NCBI RefSeq assembly: GCF_006345805.1
Contig: NC_043001.1
Coordinates: 100,998,001-101,062,000 of the forward strand
Direction of reading: 5' to 3'
Length of the DNA stretch: 64,000 nucleotides
From: Octopus sinensis
Lineage: Eukaryota
The notes beneath the pieces are model-generated. The model was not told where the DNA came from, did not search any database, and worked only from the letters and a program-made list of their open reading frames with translations. This document shows, in pieces, positions 51,463 through 64,000 of this stretch. Both the position numbers and the translations under genes were made by a program. Position 1 is the stretch's first letter; each line of letters begins with the position of its first letter.

Positions 51463-52575
51463 CTGTAAAAAGAGAAACCAGATAGTCAAAGTTGAAATAG
51501 CTTTCATTATTATAGCTGGGCTGCCCTGAGGCAAAACAAGAACCACTACATTCTACGAGTACCGTTGGGATTTGATTAAAATCCATTTTTTGTCATCTAT
51601 ATTAATTTTTCTATTTGTTTCTTACCCAATTACAAATCAAGAAATGTACAGGCTTCAGGAAATGGGATTTTGCAATCCTCATGTGTCTTTTGAAGATAGT
51701 GTTTATTAAGGGAGCAAATGAAGTGAAAACACTTCAAGCACCAACCGAAACTAGGTAATGTTATCAACACATGGAGATGGAGGGAGTTCATGGTTTTGCT
51801 ACAGAACAAATACCTTCGTTGTAATATTTTCCATATTAAACTCAACCAATATCTATTGCAATCCCTTGAATCATGCATAAAGGTGCAGCATCTTCATATT
51901 CTGCGAGAAATATCTTCTGGCATCACTGAGGTAAAAGTAATTATCATATCAGTTTATATATTCATTATTATTGTGTCAAAAAAGCAAAATATAATATTCT
52001 ACCAAATATTTAGCTGCCAAGCATTGAATCTTCAGTGTACCAGCAGTTTAGGCTTGGTAGTAAAAGAAAGACTACATAAAAAAAAAAAAAAAAAAACAAT
52101 GATAAAACAGAAGGAAACCACTTGCATAAGTTATCCATTGATGGTGAAAAAAATGCAAGAAAAAGTCTAATTCATTTATCTGGCAGCATATTAAGAATAA
52201 AATGTGCATTGTTGTTATATAAGGAAAAAAATCATAAGAATTATATTTTGGTGTTGCTATGTAATTGTTTCAGTTCAACAAATTCATTAAGATGCAAAAG
52301 AAATTGGTTTGAAATCCATCCCAAAACAGTCAGTTTGCCAGGAGAAACAATCTTCAAATTTCTTTCAACTGAAAACTCATCTTTGAAGGTATTTATTTTT
52401 CTCAATCTCATATTGATATAATCAACATCATGTGTAGATGTGTGCATGCATGTATGCACACATTTGTGCATATGCGCCTGCATGTGTCAGTAAACATATT
52501 TTATTTTGATTGTTTACTCTGAGTTGCTTTTTCTTTTGTTTTCTTCTTTCTTTGCTCTGTCTTATTTTGATTATC

Positions 52576-52613
<38 letters not shown>

Positions 52614-53305
52614 TGATAATGAAAATGAAAATAATAATAATAATATATGTATATATGTTTATGCATATGCATGTGTCTGTATGTATGTGTTGTTGTGTGT
52701 GTGTGTTGGTTTTTCAAAAAATTATTTGGCTTTGAAGACTTTTTTTATTTGGATTCTACATTCCTTGACTACTATTGCTTCTGTGGTTTTATTTTTTCCT
52801 TGCCTTTTTGGGTTTTTTTTTCTATATCATCTCATGAGCCATCTTAATTTTCATTTTCATTTTTGGAACTATGACTGATTGAAAGATCTTAAGAAAAAAA
52901 GGCTGCGCATCTTTTTTCCATTAACTCACAGCAGTTGTTACAGAATTGTATTATTTCCTTCAGAATGATTTTATGAACAAGCTATTTGTCTATATGTCCA
53001 CATGCAATATCAAAGAACCTCATACCCAAACAAGATTATATGGAAATGCTCTCTCACACATCTCTCTCTCACTCAACTCTCTCTCTCTCAACACCCTCCC
53101 ACTCAGCTCTCTCTCTCCTTTGTTCTCTCTTCCCCTCTCTCCTTCTCTAACTCGTTCTGTTTATGTATTTGTTTTTTTGTATTTTAATTTCCTCGTAAAC
53201 CTGCCTCACAAACTGCAAAGCTAAATACTTTATGTAACACATGCAGACGATTGATTTTGCATGTAGCACAGCAAAACACCAATTTCTAGTTCACTGGCTG
53301 CTTAC

Positions 53306-53436
53306 CTCTCCTACGAGAGTACTCTAGAGAATTCCTGAGTAACTTGTCTGCTTTACTGGTTAATTGTTTCAAAAGAGAACCAAGTGAATTTGAGTCCACT
53401 TCTCCTAAATGGTTAGAAAGGTGCAGACGACACTGT
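53306..53436 (-). CDS. Candidate exon (131 nt; 99 nt with the internal acceptor)
   Basis: Donor GAG|gtaagc; acceptors atatttcag or ttctaaccatttag; single open frame [42 protein letters not shown]. Confidence 0.35.
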
Positions 53437-53554
53437 CTGAAATATTCAGTTTGTATTCATATCTGCTTCTCCATCTACCAACCAATTTATCTGTCTATCT
53501 GTATGGTTGTCAGTCTCTTTGCCAATTAATTCTCTCTCTCTCTCTCTCTCTCTG

Positions 53555-53613
<59 letters not shown>

Positions 53614-53646
53614 TGTGTGTGTGTGTGTGTATGCATATATTTGTAT

Positions 53647-53736
<90 letters not shown>

Positions 53737-53910
53737 ATATATACATATATATATATACATACATATACATATTCATATATATATATGAATATATATTTAT
53801 GTATATATATATATGAGTATATATGTATGTTTATACATATATACATATATATATATATGTGTGAGTGTGCATGTGTGTGTGTGAGTGTATATGTGTGTGC
53901 ATGTATATTG

Positions 53911-54110
53911 TTTTTAAATGTAGGACTTGAAGTAGATAAAGCTATAAAAAATACCATGTAAATTTTAGACTAAAAAACCTTTTTGATACACAGAAATGAA
54001 AAGCTCCCCATGGGACATGAACCCACATATTCTGTAAACATAATGGGTATTCTGTCATTTACATGCTATTATTTATAGTTTTATCTACTTCCAGTTCTAC
54101 CATTAAAAAT
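53911..54110. repeat. MITE-like element with ~52-bp imperfect inverted ends
   Basis: Arms 53911-53962 and 54058-54110. Confidence 0.65.
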
Positions 54111-54176
54111 GAATTATTTCATACTCTCTCAAGGTTTCTCATTTCATATGCTCAAAAACAACATATACATATACAT

Positions 54177-54226
<50 letters not shown>

Positions 54227-54607
54227 ATATATATGTATATATATATATGTATATATGTATATATAAAGAGCAAAGATCCCTTTCAGTCATGAATGACCAT
54301 GGGATTGCACCTAGCAGTTCTCCTCCTAGGTACATGTCTAGGCAAACTTGTTTATGGAAGACCAGCAGTCACCCATGCATTCCAGCCTCCCTACTTCATG
54401 CCGCTGATGTTATCCTAGGAAAAGGCAAAGGGGCCAATACAGCTTGGCACCAGTGATGTCACAACTCATTTCTACAGCTGAGTGAACTGGAGCAACATGA
54501 AATAAAGTATCTTGCTCAAGAAAACCACACACAGCCTGGTCTGGGAATCAAACTTACAACCTCGTAATTGTGAGTCCAATGCTCTAACCACTGAGCTATG
54601 TGCTTTC

Positions 54608-54638
<31 letters not shown>

Positions 54639-54679
54639 TAAACCTTTACATAAATAAATAACATGAAATACACGAAGGG

Positions 54680-55090
54680 ACAAACAAAAAGACAAACGGG
54701 TCATTCAAAGCCTTCATTCTTCAGTCAGAAACTGATCCCTCATCGCAGATTTCGGCTATTTAATTCTGAGATCCGCTCTGAATCAGCCAGCCACAGAAGG
54801 AAAGAATGCAACGCAACAGAGATGAACATGAAACGGAAAATCTTTTTTGGAGACAGTAACGGTTAAAAACATGGATGACACAGGCGCCCTACGGCTTTGA
54901 GACAAAAAGAGAGACACAAAAACAATATCAGCAAGCGTGGAAAAATAATTACCTTTTCGGTGATAAGACACATGTTGAACAAGCGGCCGATGGAAACAGA
55001 ATGGCTGAGGCAGCAAGTCGCAAGAGGGTAAGAGAGAGAAGGGGGTAAGAGAGAGAGGGGACCAAGGAGGGTGGAAGGCGAGGACAGAAG
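54680..55090 (-). promoter_or_regulatory. CpG-rich segment: candidate promoter and first exon (donor at 54952/54953)
   Basis: About 17 CpG in about 420 bp against a CpG-poor background; minus strand caacATGTGTCTTATCACCGAAAAG|gtaatt (MCLITEK); GA-rich upstream. A plus-strand TATTTAA with TCAGCC 28 nt downstream is an alternative reading. Confidence 0.4.
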
Positions 55091-55214
55091 CAGTGACCGA
55101 GAGAGAGAGGGAGAGAAGGAATCAGAGAAGAAGCAGTGACCAAGAGAGAGAGGGAGAGAAGGAATCAGAGAAGAAGCAGTGACCAAGAGAGAGAGGGAGA
55201 GAAGGAATCAGAGA
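55086..55214. repeat. 43-bp tandem repeat, 3 copies
   Basis: gaagcagtgacc at 55087, 55130 and 55173. Confidence 0.9.
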
Positions 55215-55272
55215 GGCTGGGAGAAAAAGGCACCAAAACAATTTGGCAACGAAGCAATGGCATATATATATA

Positions 55273-56152
55273 TGACACTTGTGAAGACCTGTTGAGGCAA
55301 GTGAAAATCAAATCAAATCAAATCAAAATAGATGAACATCAATGGAATTTGTATCTTGTGGTACCAGTGCCGGTGGCACACAAGAAAACCATCCGAACGT
55401 GGCCGTAGCCAGTACCGCATCGACTGGCCTCCGTGCTGTGGGCATGCAACAAACACCATCCGATCGTGGCCGTTCGCCAGCCTCATCTGGCACCTGTGTC
55501 GGTGGCACATAAAAACACCATCCGAAGACCCGGCAAGACTAGTCAGGCCATAACCCGTGGCCCCTACCTGGGACGTAGTCAGTCCACCTGTGCATACCTT
55601 CCTTCTTGTGACACTTGTGAAGACCTGTTGAGGCAAGTGAAAATCAAATCAAATCAAAACAAATCAAAATAGATGAACATCAATGGAATTTGTATCTTGT
55701 GGTACCAGTGCCGGTGGCACACAAGAAAATCATCCGAACGTGGCCGTAGCCAGTACCGCATAGACTGGCCTCCGTGCTTTGGGGACGTAACAAACACCAT
55801 CCGATCGTGGCCGTCCGCCAGCCTCATCTGGCACCTGTGTCGGTGGCACATAAAAACACCATCCGAGCGTGGCCGTCTGCCAGCCTCGTCTGGCACCTGT
55901 GTCGGTGGCACATAAAAACACCATCCGAGCGTGGCCGTTCGCCAGCCTCGTCTGGCACCTGTGTCGGTGGCACATAAAATCACCCACTACACTCTCGGAG
56001 TGGTTGGCGTTAGGAAGGGCATCCAGCTGTAGAAACACTGCCAGATCTGACTGGCCTGGTGCAGCCTTCGGGCTCCCCAGACCCCAGTTGAACCGTCCAA
56101 CCCATGCTAGCATGGAAAACGGACGCTAAATGATGATGATGATGATGATGAT
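55273..56152 (+). mobile_element. Young RTE-related element (S2) with an internal ~340-bp duplication and 62-bp tandem repeats
   Basis: tgacacttgtgaagacc at 55273 and 55609; caccatccga at 55795, 55857 and 55919; (GAT)n tail; CpG largely retained. Confidence 0.85.
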
Positions 56153-58748
56153 ATACACACACACACACATATATATATATAATGTGTATGTGTGTGTGCA
56201 CTCACACGAGTGCATCTGTGTATAAAATGACATCTGACTATAATTAGTATTTGAATAGAAATATTGGTTTCAAATTTTGGCAGAAGGTCAGTAAATTTAA
56301 GGGGAGGGGCTAAGTCAATTACATCGACTCAGTGCATAACTGGTACTTATTTTTTTGATTTCAAAAAGATGAAAGGCAAAGTCAACTTTGGTGAAATTTG
56401 AACTCAGAACACACAGATGGATGGAATGCCACAATGCCTTTTACCTGTCATGCTAATGATTCTGCCAGCTTGCAAAACTATTAAGCTTATAAAAATATAA
56501 CATAAGGTTAATTTTCCATTGAGTGCATTCAAAAATTTTATTCAAATCACCAAATTAATTAATCTTAATTTTTTATAACATAAACTTCCATCAATACAAA
56601 CCAAACTCTTCTTATTCAATGAATCAAATCTCCATCGAGTAAGTTAAATATAAATAAATAAAACTGTCCGTTACATAAGTTAAATATAAAATTCCAAACA
56701 CTCTACAGCAGAAATGTGATGCTTGCCTTTCTATTAAGCAAAACAAATGCAAAACGAAATTAAAGAAAACAGGACCAAGCACTGTAGAGGGATGATTTCC
56801 AAGCATTTTGATTCTAAGTCATTTTATGAAATATCATGATGCTACCACACTGCAAAAAGTGACAAACAAAACTACCTCAGAAAACAAAATATGTTTTGTA
56901 ATAATCTCATATCTGTCATAGCAAAGTCAATAACTTAAGCATAAAACTTTGCAGCTTGATTAGATTTCAGAGATTTTTTTTTTAACAGTCAGCTTAATTG
57001 AAAATTTTCTAATTTTCCCATAGGTTTTAATTAATTTTAATTAATTGAATAATAAAACACATCTCTTACTATTTGTTTTGTTTATTTATATATTGGCACT
57101 ATTAAACTATTTGCCAATTTTTTGAAATGGAAGACAGATCCATATCTCTAATGAATCTTGCAATTTGATTGACAGGTGAAGAAACCATTTTTTTCTTTCA
57201 CTACTGAATCCTTGAAATTCCATACATGTGTGTGAGAAAATATTCTTACCAATAATGTTTAGTGAAAGACCAAAACTGTGAGCTATAAACATTTAACAAA
57301 ATGTCTACAATTGTTTCAAGTAAAATTATAGATTTATTTATTTCAAGTGGCATTAGGATTAAAAGTTATTGCTGGGTACGATGCCATACCATTAGAATTA
57401 TATTCATCGTAATGACAATCATGAGATTCAGAAAGATATCAACTGTAATGACATCACAAGTGATGACAGTCATAATCGTTAGGATAAATCTATCTTGTGT
57501 CCTAAATTTCTTAATCAGAATTAAGATGAATTAATTCTATATTAAAAACCAGTTGTAGTCGTCATCATCATCATCATTTAATGACTGTTTTCCATTACAG
57601 GCGAGGACTGTACAATTTGACAGGAGCTGGCAAGGCCAGGAGCCACATCAGGTTCCACTTGTCTATTTTGGAAATGGTTTCTTTGGCTGGCTGATGCCCT
57701 TCCGAATGCCAACCACTTTACAGAGTATATTGAGTGATTTTTATGAAACACCTACATAAGTGTTTTTTGTTGTTTTTTTTTACATGATAGTTTTAGTATT
57801 TTTGTAAAACAAGTTTAGAGTCATAAAAGCTCAAGAGAATATTAGATATGAGTCTACTGAAGAGTCAGATTTTTATAATATTTGAGTCTTGTCAGGTAGA
57901 TCAGCATATCCCCTTTTTAAGGATTTCAATGGCAATAACCCAAATCAAATCACTTATAAAAACAAGTGCAAATCAATGTTTGTTCAAGAGCAAAACCAGA
58001 TTTAGTTTCTCTTAGAGCATTTATTAATTTTTATGTACCAAAATTCACAGCATTAAACAATTTTTAGAATATTTTGCTAACTTTTCCTAACATAAACTAT
58101 TCAGCTCTTATGTGTTTGATTCCAACATTTTCGTTGGACAGTTCAGTTATACGGAATTGTAAGCTGACTCTTTGTCTGTTACGACAACGATTGTTCTGGT
58201 TGATACAATCAATGGAACTGCTTGTGAAATTAACATGCAAGTGGCTGAGCAATCTACAGACACATGTACCCTTAATGTAGTTCTCAAGGGGAGTTAGCAT
58301 GGCAGAGATTGTGACAAGGCTGGCTCCTTTGAGTTACGGGTACAACTTATTTTTGCCAGCTGAATGGAGTGGAGAGCAATGTGAAATAAAGTGTTCTGCT
58401 GAAGGACACAATACACCATCAAGAATTGAACCAACAACGTCACGACCATGAGTGGAACAGCCTTACCACTAAGCCATGCACCTTTACAATACAGAGGTGT
58501 AAATGTTTTTAAAATGCCCAAATGTTGAAGGACTTATGATAATGCTTTTAAATTCTTCTGAAAGCACTCACCGATATTTAAGGCCCAAAACCATAGTCAG
58601 TGAATTGAAGGTAAATTTTTCCATTTTGCTGGAATAAAACACATCCCAGAGCTTAATAACCAGAAGAACTGAAAAAAACTAAGCAAAAACAAAGAAAACA
58701 AACAAGATGAAAATCAACAGCAACAACAAGACGAACAAGAGACCTGAC

Positions 58749-58855
58749 GTTCCAGAGCACCTCTAGCCAAAACTTCAGAGATAACAATGGAAATGTCTTC
58801 AGGGCTCAGGATCACACACAGATGAGTAAATATCTCATCTCTTAACAGGACAAAC
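58749..58855 (-). CDS. Weak candidate exon
   Basis: Long pyrimidine tract plus ccacag acceptor; open frame FVLLRDEIFTHLCVILSPEDISIVISEVLARGALE; donor ambiguous. Confidence 0.2.
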
Positions 58856-59024
58856 CTGTGGTAAAAAATTAAAAAATTAAAAAGGCATAAAAAATTTATT
58901 ATGTGATGAACAAGAAATAATTACAGATAAAAGTTTCAGTGGAAATAAAAAGGTGAAAAGAGAAAAACAAGACTAAATATAAAGCAACAAAAACAGACAA
59001 AGAAAAACAATTTCTTCTAAGCAG

Positions 59025-59085
59025 CAATGAAATCTCTCTTCATGTAAATAATGAAGAAAATGAAGAGAACAAAGATGAGCTTTGA
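59025..59085 (+). CDS. Candidate terminal exon ending in KDEL-stop
   Basis: tttcttctaagcag|C AAT GAA...AAA GAT GAG CTT TGA = NEISLHVNNEENEENKDEL*; short pyrimidine tract. Confidence 0.25.
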
Positions 59086-59505
59086 TTCATCGCTCTTTGG
59101 AAATTAAACAAGCAATTAATTATGCATTTGTGGTGCCAAGGATTCTCCTAAGAAGTTATAATGACACAAAAGCTGTTCAGTTCAGAGTGTAAACAACATT
59201 ATACTGAACTTAAAAAGAATATGCTCAAAATGTTGGAGTTTTCCTGTACGAAATGTCTGAAGAAATGCCTACTGGTGCATTCAGTTGCACTTGAACAGCA
59301 TTTTGGGAAATGGTTAAATGAATGAGGTCAAGGTGTATCCTGATTCAACTCAGCCAGAATCTTTTATCTTTTATTTCCATAAATATATCTTATTTTTTAA
59401 TTATTGCGTATTCCATGATAGATTTTAAAAATTCATTTCTGTGCAAATATGTGTGAGCATGCATGTGTGTAGATTTGCACGTACTTGTGAGCATATTTGT
59501 ATATA

Positions 59506-59536
<31 letters not shown>

Positions 59537-59638
59537 CTGTATGCATAAACATATATGTGCATATATATTTACACACACACACGCATTACTATATATACAT
59601 ATGTGTATATGTACATATGTATAAATATATACTCACAC

Positions 59639-59669
<31 letters not shown>

Positions 59670-59707
59670 TGTATGTATGTATGTATGTATGTATATATAT
59701 ATATATA

Positions 59708-60178
<471 letters not shown>

Positions 60179-61099
60179 TTATATGTGTGTACAAACATAT
60201 ATGTAAATATACGTTTATATACACACATGGTGTGTTTCTGTATGTGTGTATATGCATAAAGCATAAGCAAAAAGATAGTGTGGCACCTTCACCAACCCTC
60301 ACTTTTCTCTGCCATTTCACTGATTTGTTGATATATACAACCCATGGCAAATAAGTTTTTATACTTCTTCTCTTTTAGCTACAAGAAGTAAAATGCTGGT
60401 GTTGCAGCCTGCACAGCTTAAATTGCCTTAGCTGGACGTAGGCATGTTTCCTTTGTGCCTATCTTGGTCAATGTTGTGTCTAGTGTTAGTGTCTCAATGG
60501 GCCAAATGAATATGAATAATTCATACAATGGTGGCAATGGATACCAGAAGCTTATGTGATGATCTTCTACCTGGCAGGAAATTCCCACAATGCCAAACAG
60601 TCTGGAATAATCTGGACAAAAGAGTTACAGAAAGACTATTGCAGCAAGAGTGACTCTGCAAGAAAGAGATGGCAAAAACATATGCCTGACATCTTGGATG
60701 AAAGAGGAATTTTTTTACTAAACAAAGTAGACCAAGTCCTAACAGAAGTGGATGGATATCAAAAGGCCGAATGGTGTGATTGAATTGGAAGGAAATGGTG
60801 AACTGAGGGAGAGGGCAATAATGAGTAGAAGGGAGAGGATAATAATGAGGAGAGACATTTTGAAATTGAAACAACCATGAAATGTATGCTGAGATGCATG
60901 AAAAGGAAGAAAATAAAACCAGAATGAAACAAGAATATTGTGAATGTAGAATAAATGTAAGTTAATGGATTAGAAGGTTGTAAGGTGTGCATTTTGAATA
61001 GAATGGCAGATGGGTTAAGCAGTCAATTCTATCAAGTCGAGGTTTATAGGCAGGTAATACTGAAGTAAAAATGCATCAAAAAGGGAAAAGGCAAATGGC

Positions 61100-61865
61100 T
61101 GTTTTGAGACGAGTGATCTGAGAGAATGTAACGAGCTATACAAAACTGCAGGTATCATAAGTAGGACACTCCGATAGCATAAAGAAGAGACAAAAAAAAC
61201 AAGAAGAAAACAGAGCCTTAGTAGAAGAGAGATCTTGGTGGTGAAATTAAGGGATTTCAAAGGGTTTGTCTCACTTGAATCAGAATATTAAAATAAGTCA
61301 GTTAAAAAGTAAAATTTATGGGAAGGCCAATGACAATGAATAAGATTAAAGAGTTGGGTGTTGAAATAGGAATAAAAAAAGAATGAAACATAGGATAAGT
61401 GCCAAGAGTGAGAATGAAAAGGTACAACAATAGAATGGAATGATTCTGTAAGAACAGACTCTTTCCGAATAACAAAATTAAAAAAAAAAAGACTTTTTCA
61501 GAAACTATAAGAAGACACTATTGCAGATCCTAAAAAAGACGGGAATGGTTTGGTGAGGTTTATGAGTGAATAATGTTAAAGTTAATGAAGATGCAGATTG
61601 GATTTTGAAGGTAAAAAGAAAAGGGAAAAAGAAAAGAAGACAAAAAAAAAACTAAATGCAACAGGAGATATGCTTTAAAAACAAGCAAAACAAGATCTCT
61701 AATTAGAAATCACCAGGCTCTGATGGAATGCAAGATTACTGGATAAAGAAAATGAAATCCCTCCATTGGAGAATGGCACAAATGTCTGGCAAAAGTGTTG
61801 TCACTAATTCCATCCTTAGACTCATCACTTGTCTTCCAATGATGGAGAGACTACTGTTCAGCAAA
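61100..61865 (+). mobile_element. Old R4/Dong-clade fragment (region upstream of and into the RT)
   Basis: KNRLF.NN...RLF; N*KSPGSDGMQDYWIKKMKSLH; RLITCLPMM. Confidence 0.65.
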
Positions 61866-64000
61866 AATTCCAAATTATTCTACCAATATTTAACAAGAAA
61901 TAAGCATTGATAAGAATTTAGGACAAATCTACAGTTGTTATAGCCAGGCTATAGATTTTCCTATTATCATTTTCTACTCTAGGCACAAGGCCCAAAAGTT
62001 TTGGGGAAGAGGCCAGTCGATTAGACTGAACCCAGTACACAGCTGATATTTAATTTCTAAACCCCGAAAAGATGAAAGGCAAAGTTGAACTCAGTGGAAT
62101 TCAAACTCAAAATGTAAAGACTGATGAAATACTAATTTTTTACTACTCACAAGGGGTTAAATACAGAGAGGACAAACAAGGACAGACAAACGTATTAAGT
62201 CGATTATATCGACCCCAGTGCATAACTGGTACTTATTTAATCGACCCCGAAAGGATGAAAGACAAAGTCGACCTTGGCGGAATTTGAACTCAGAATGTAA
62301 AGGCTGACGAAATACCGCTAAGCATTTGACCTGTCCTGCTAACATTTCTGCCATCTCACAGCCTTAAATTTTCCCATTATCATAGGTGCCCTGGGCTGTG
62401 TAATAACAAATCTGCATTGAGGCTTAGAAATGTTAGGGTTTTAATGAAAGAATGGCACAGACTGATTTGCATTCTCCAAATACATCAGATGAACAGTGGA
62501 ATCTTGTAAAATATTTCAGGGATTCATTATTTGAGGTTCCTTGATGAACATTTGAACACAATCACACATACATATGAATGCACACACACACATAAACAAT
62601 AATTAAATGTGTGTTCTATTATGACATGCCCACCCACAAATGCAAGGTTCATCCATACACATACAAGCTCACATGCACATATGCATACATCATCACATTC
62701 AGGAGGCCACAAGCTCTCAAGAGTTGGCTTTACAAACAGAAAAGGGGCTTGCCACTCTTTTAGAGACTAGCTTGAATACAGCAATGGAACAAAATTTAAA
62801 TATATCTCAAAGAAACCTACATAGATAAATATATATGGAGTGACTGTGTGGTAAGAAGTTTGCTTCCCAACCATATTGTTCCTGGTTCAGCCCCACTGAG
62901 GGGCACTCTGAGAAAATGTCTTCTACTATCGTCTCACACTAGCCAAAGCCTTGTGAGTGGATTTAGTAGACAGAAACTGAAAGAAGCCCATCGTGTGTGT
63001 ATGTGTAAACATTATATATATTTATATATGTGTGTGTGTGTTTTTCTGTCTTTGTTTGTCCCCAACCACCACTTGGCACCCGGTGTTGGTGTGTTTACAT
63101 CCCTGTAATGTAATGATTCAACAAAAGAGACTGGTGGAACAAGTAACAGTCTTAAAAAAAATAAGTCCTGGGGTCAATCAATTCATTCAACTAAAATTCC
63201 TTGAGTTGGTGCCCCAGCAAGGCCACAGTCTAATGACTGAAACAAGTAAACGATAAAAGATAAAAGATTTACACGCACACACATACACACACACACACAT
63301 ACACACACACACATCCACACACACACACATCCACACACACACATATACACACACACATGCATGCACATGCTCGTTCATGCATAATTATTTGTAAAATATT
63401 CCTTTGTCGGGCAGAGAAGACAAGCTGTGTTGTAATCCAGTTCATCTTTCCGACAACAACAACAAGAACCGAATAGTAACATGCTGCTTGTAATACAGAA
63501 GATATTATCACCAGAGTTTGATAATCCTTACTTGTATCAATGTTATCACATGAAGTGCCATATCAGTTACACAACCTTTCAATAGAATACCATTGTATTA
63601 TTTATATCGGTGTTATCCAATAATTTGCCTAACATGCCATATGATAAGCATCATATCAGATTTCTGAGGAACCAGTATCTCATGCTTAGCTTTTTCTAAA
63701 TTTCAAGAAACTAAGCAAACCGTTTAAGCACAATATTCTGATGTTAAGATTTACTTCTATTTAAACTAATTCTATATTTACTCAGTCTCATAATACCATT
63801 CCACCCATTCGGTATAAGATTTATTTCTAATGAATTATCATTGTATTTAAGTGCTATAACTAACTGTCTGACATTATTGTCAATCAAATGGAAGGATTAT
63901 TGCTATAATATGCAATACTTCAAGAAACAAAGGCAAGGAATAATGGATTCTATTGAAAACATAAATATAGTTGTTTTTGCCGTTTTTTCTTCAATAAATA

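Noticed and set aside
55795-55980. CRISPR-like look of the 62-bp repeats
   Set aside because: Contiguous tandem units with no unique spacers, inside a eukaryotic retroelement; no cas genes.

Overview
Eukaryotic, AT-rich, non-coding-dominated DNA, most likely from an octopus (coleoid cephalopod). That assignment is inferred from the very high microsatellite load and the recurring SINE families. There is no long intact protein-coding ORF. Almost every ORF in the supplied track is either a translation of a (TA)n, (CA)n, (GA)n, (TAA)n or (GAT)n microsatellite or a transposon fragment. Recognisable elements are: four R4/Dong-clade non-LTR fragments (two with the restriction-like endonuclease, sitting in TAA repeats), RTE and CR1 LINE ends (one CR1 nested in another), a Penelope-like RT fragment, two decayed Tc1 elements, a mariner 5' fragment, and about six SINE or SINE-like families. 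A host gene may cross the window. Weak evidence for this is a CpG-rich first-exon candidate near 55.0 kb and a few short splice-bounded open exons; no gene identity can be assigned. The most striking unexplained signal is a set of minimal hammerhead-ribozyme-like motifs (CUGANGA...GAAA with a palindromic stem III) from several unrelated sequence families. Most lie inside fold-back palindromes, as is typical of Penelope-like retroelements. Repeat boundaries are approximate, to within about 10-20 bp.
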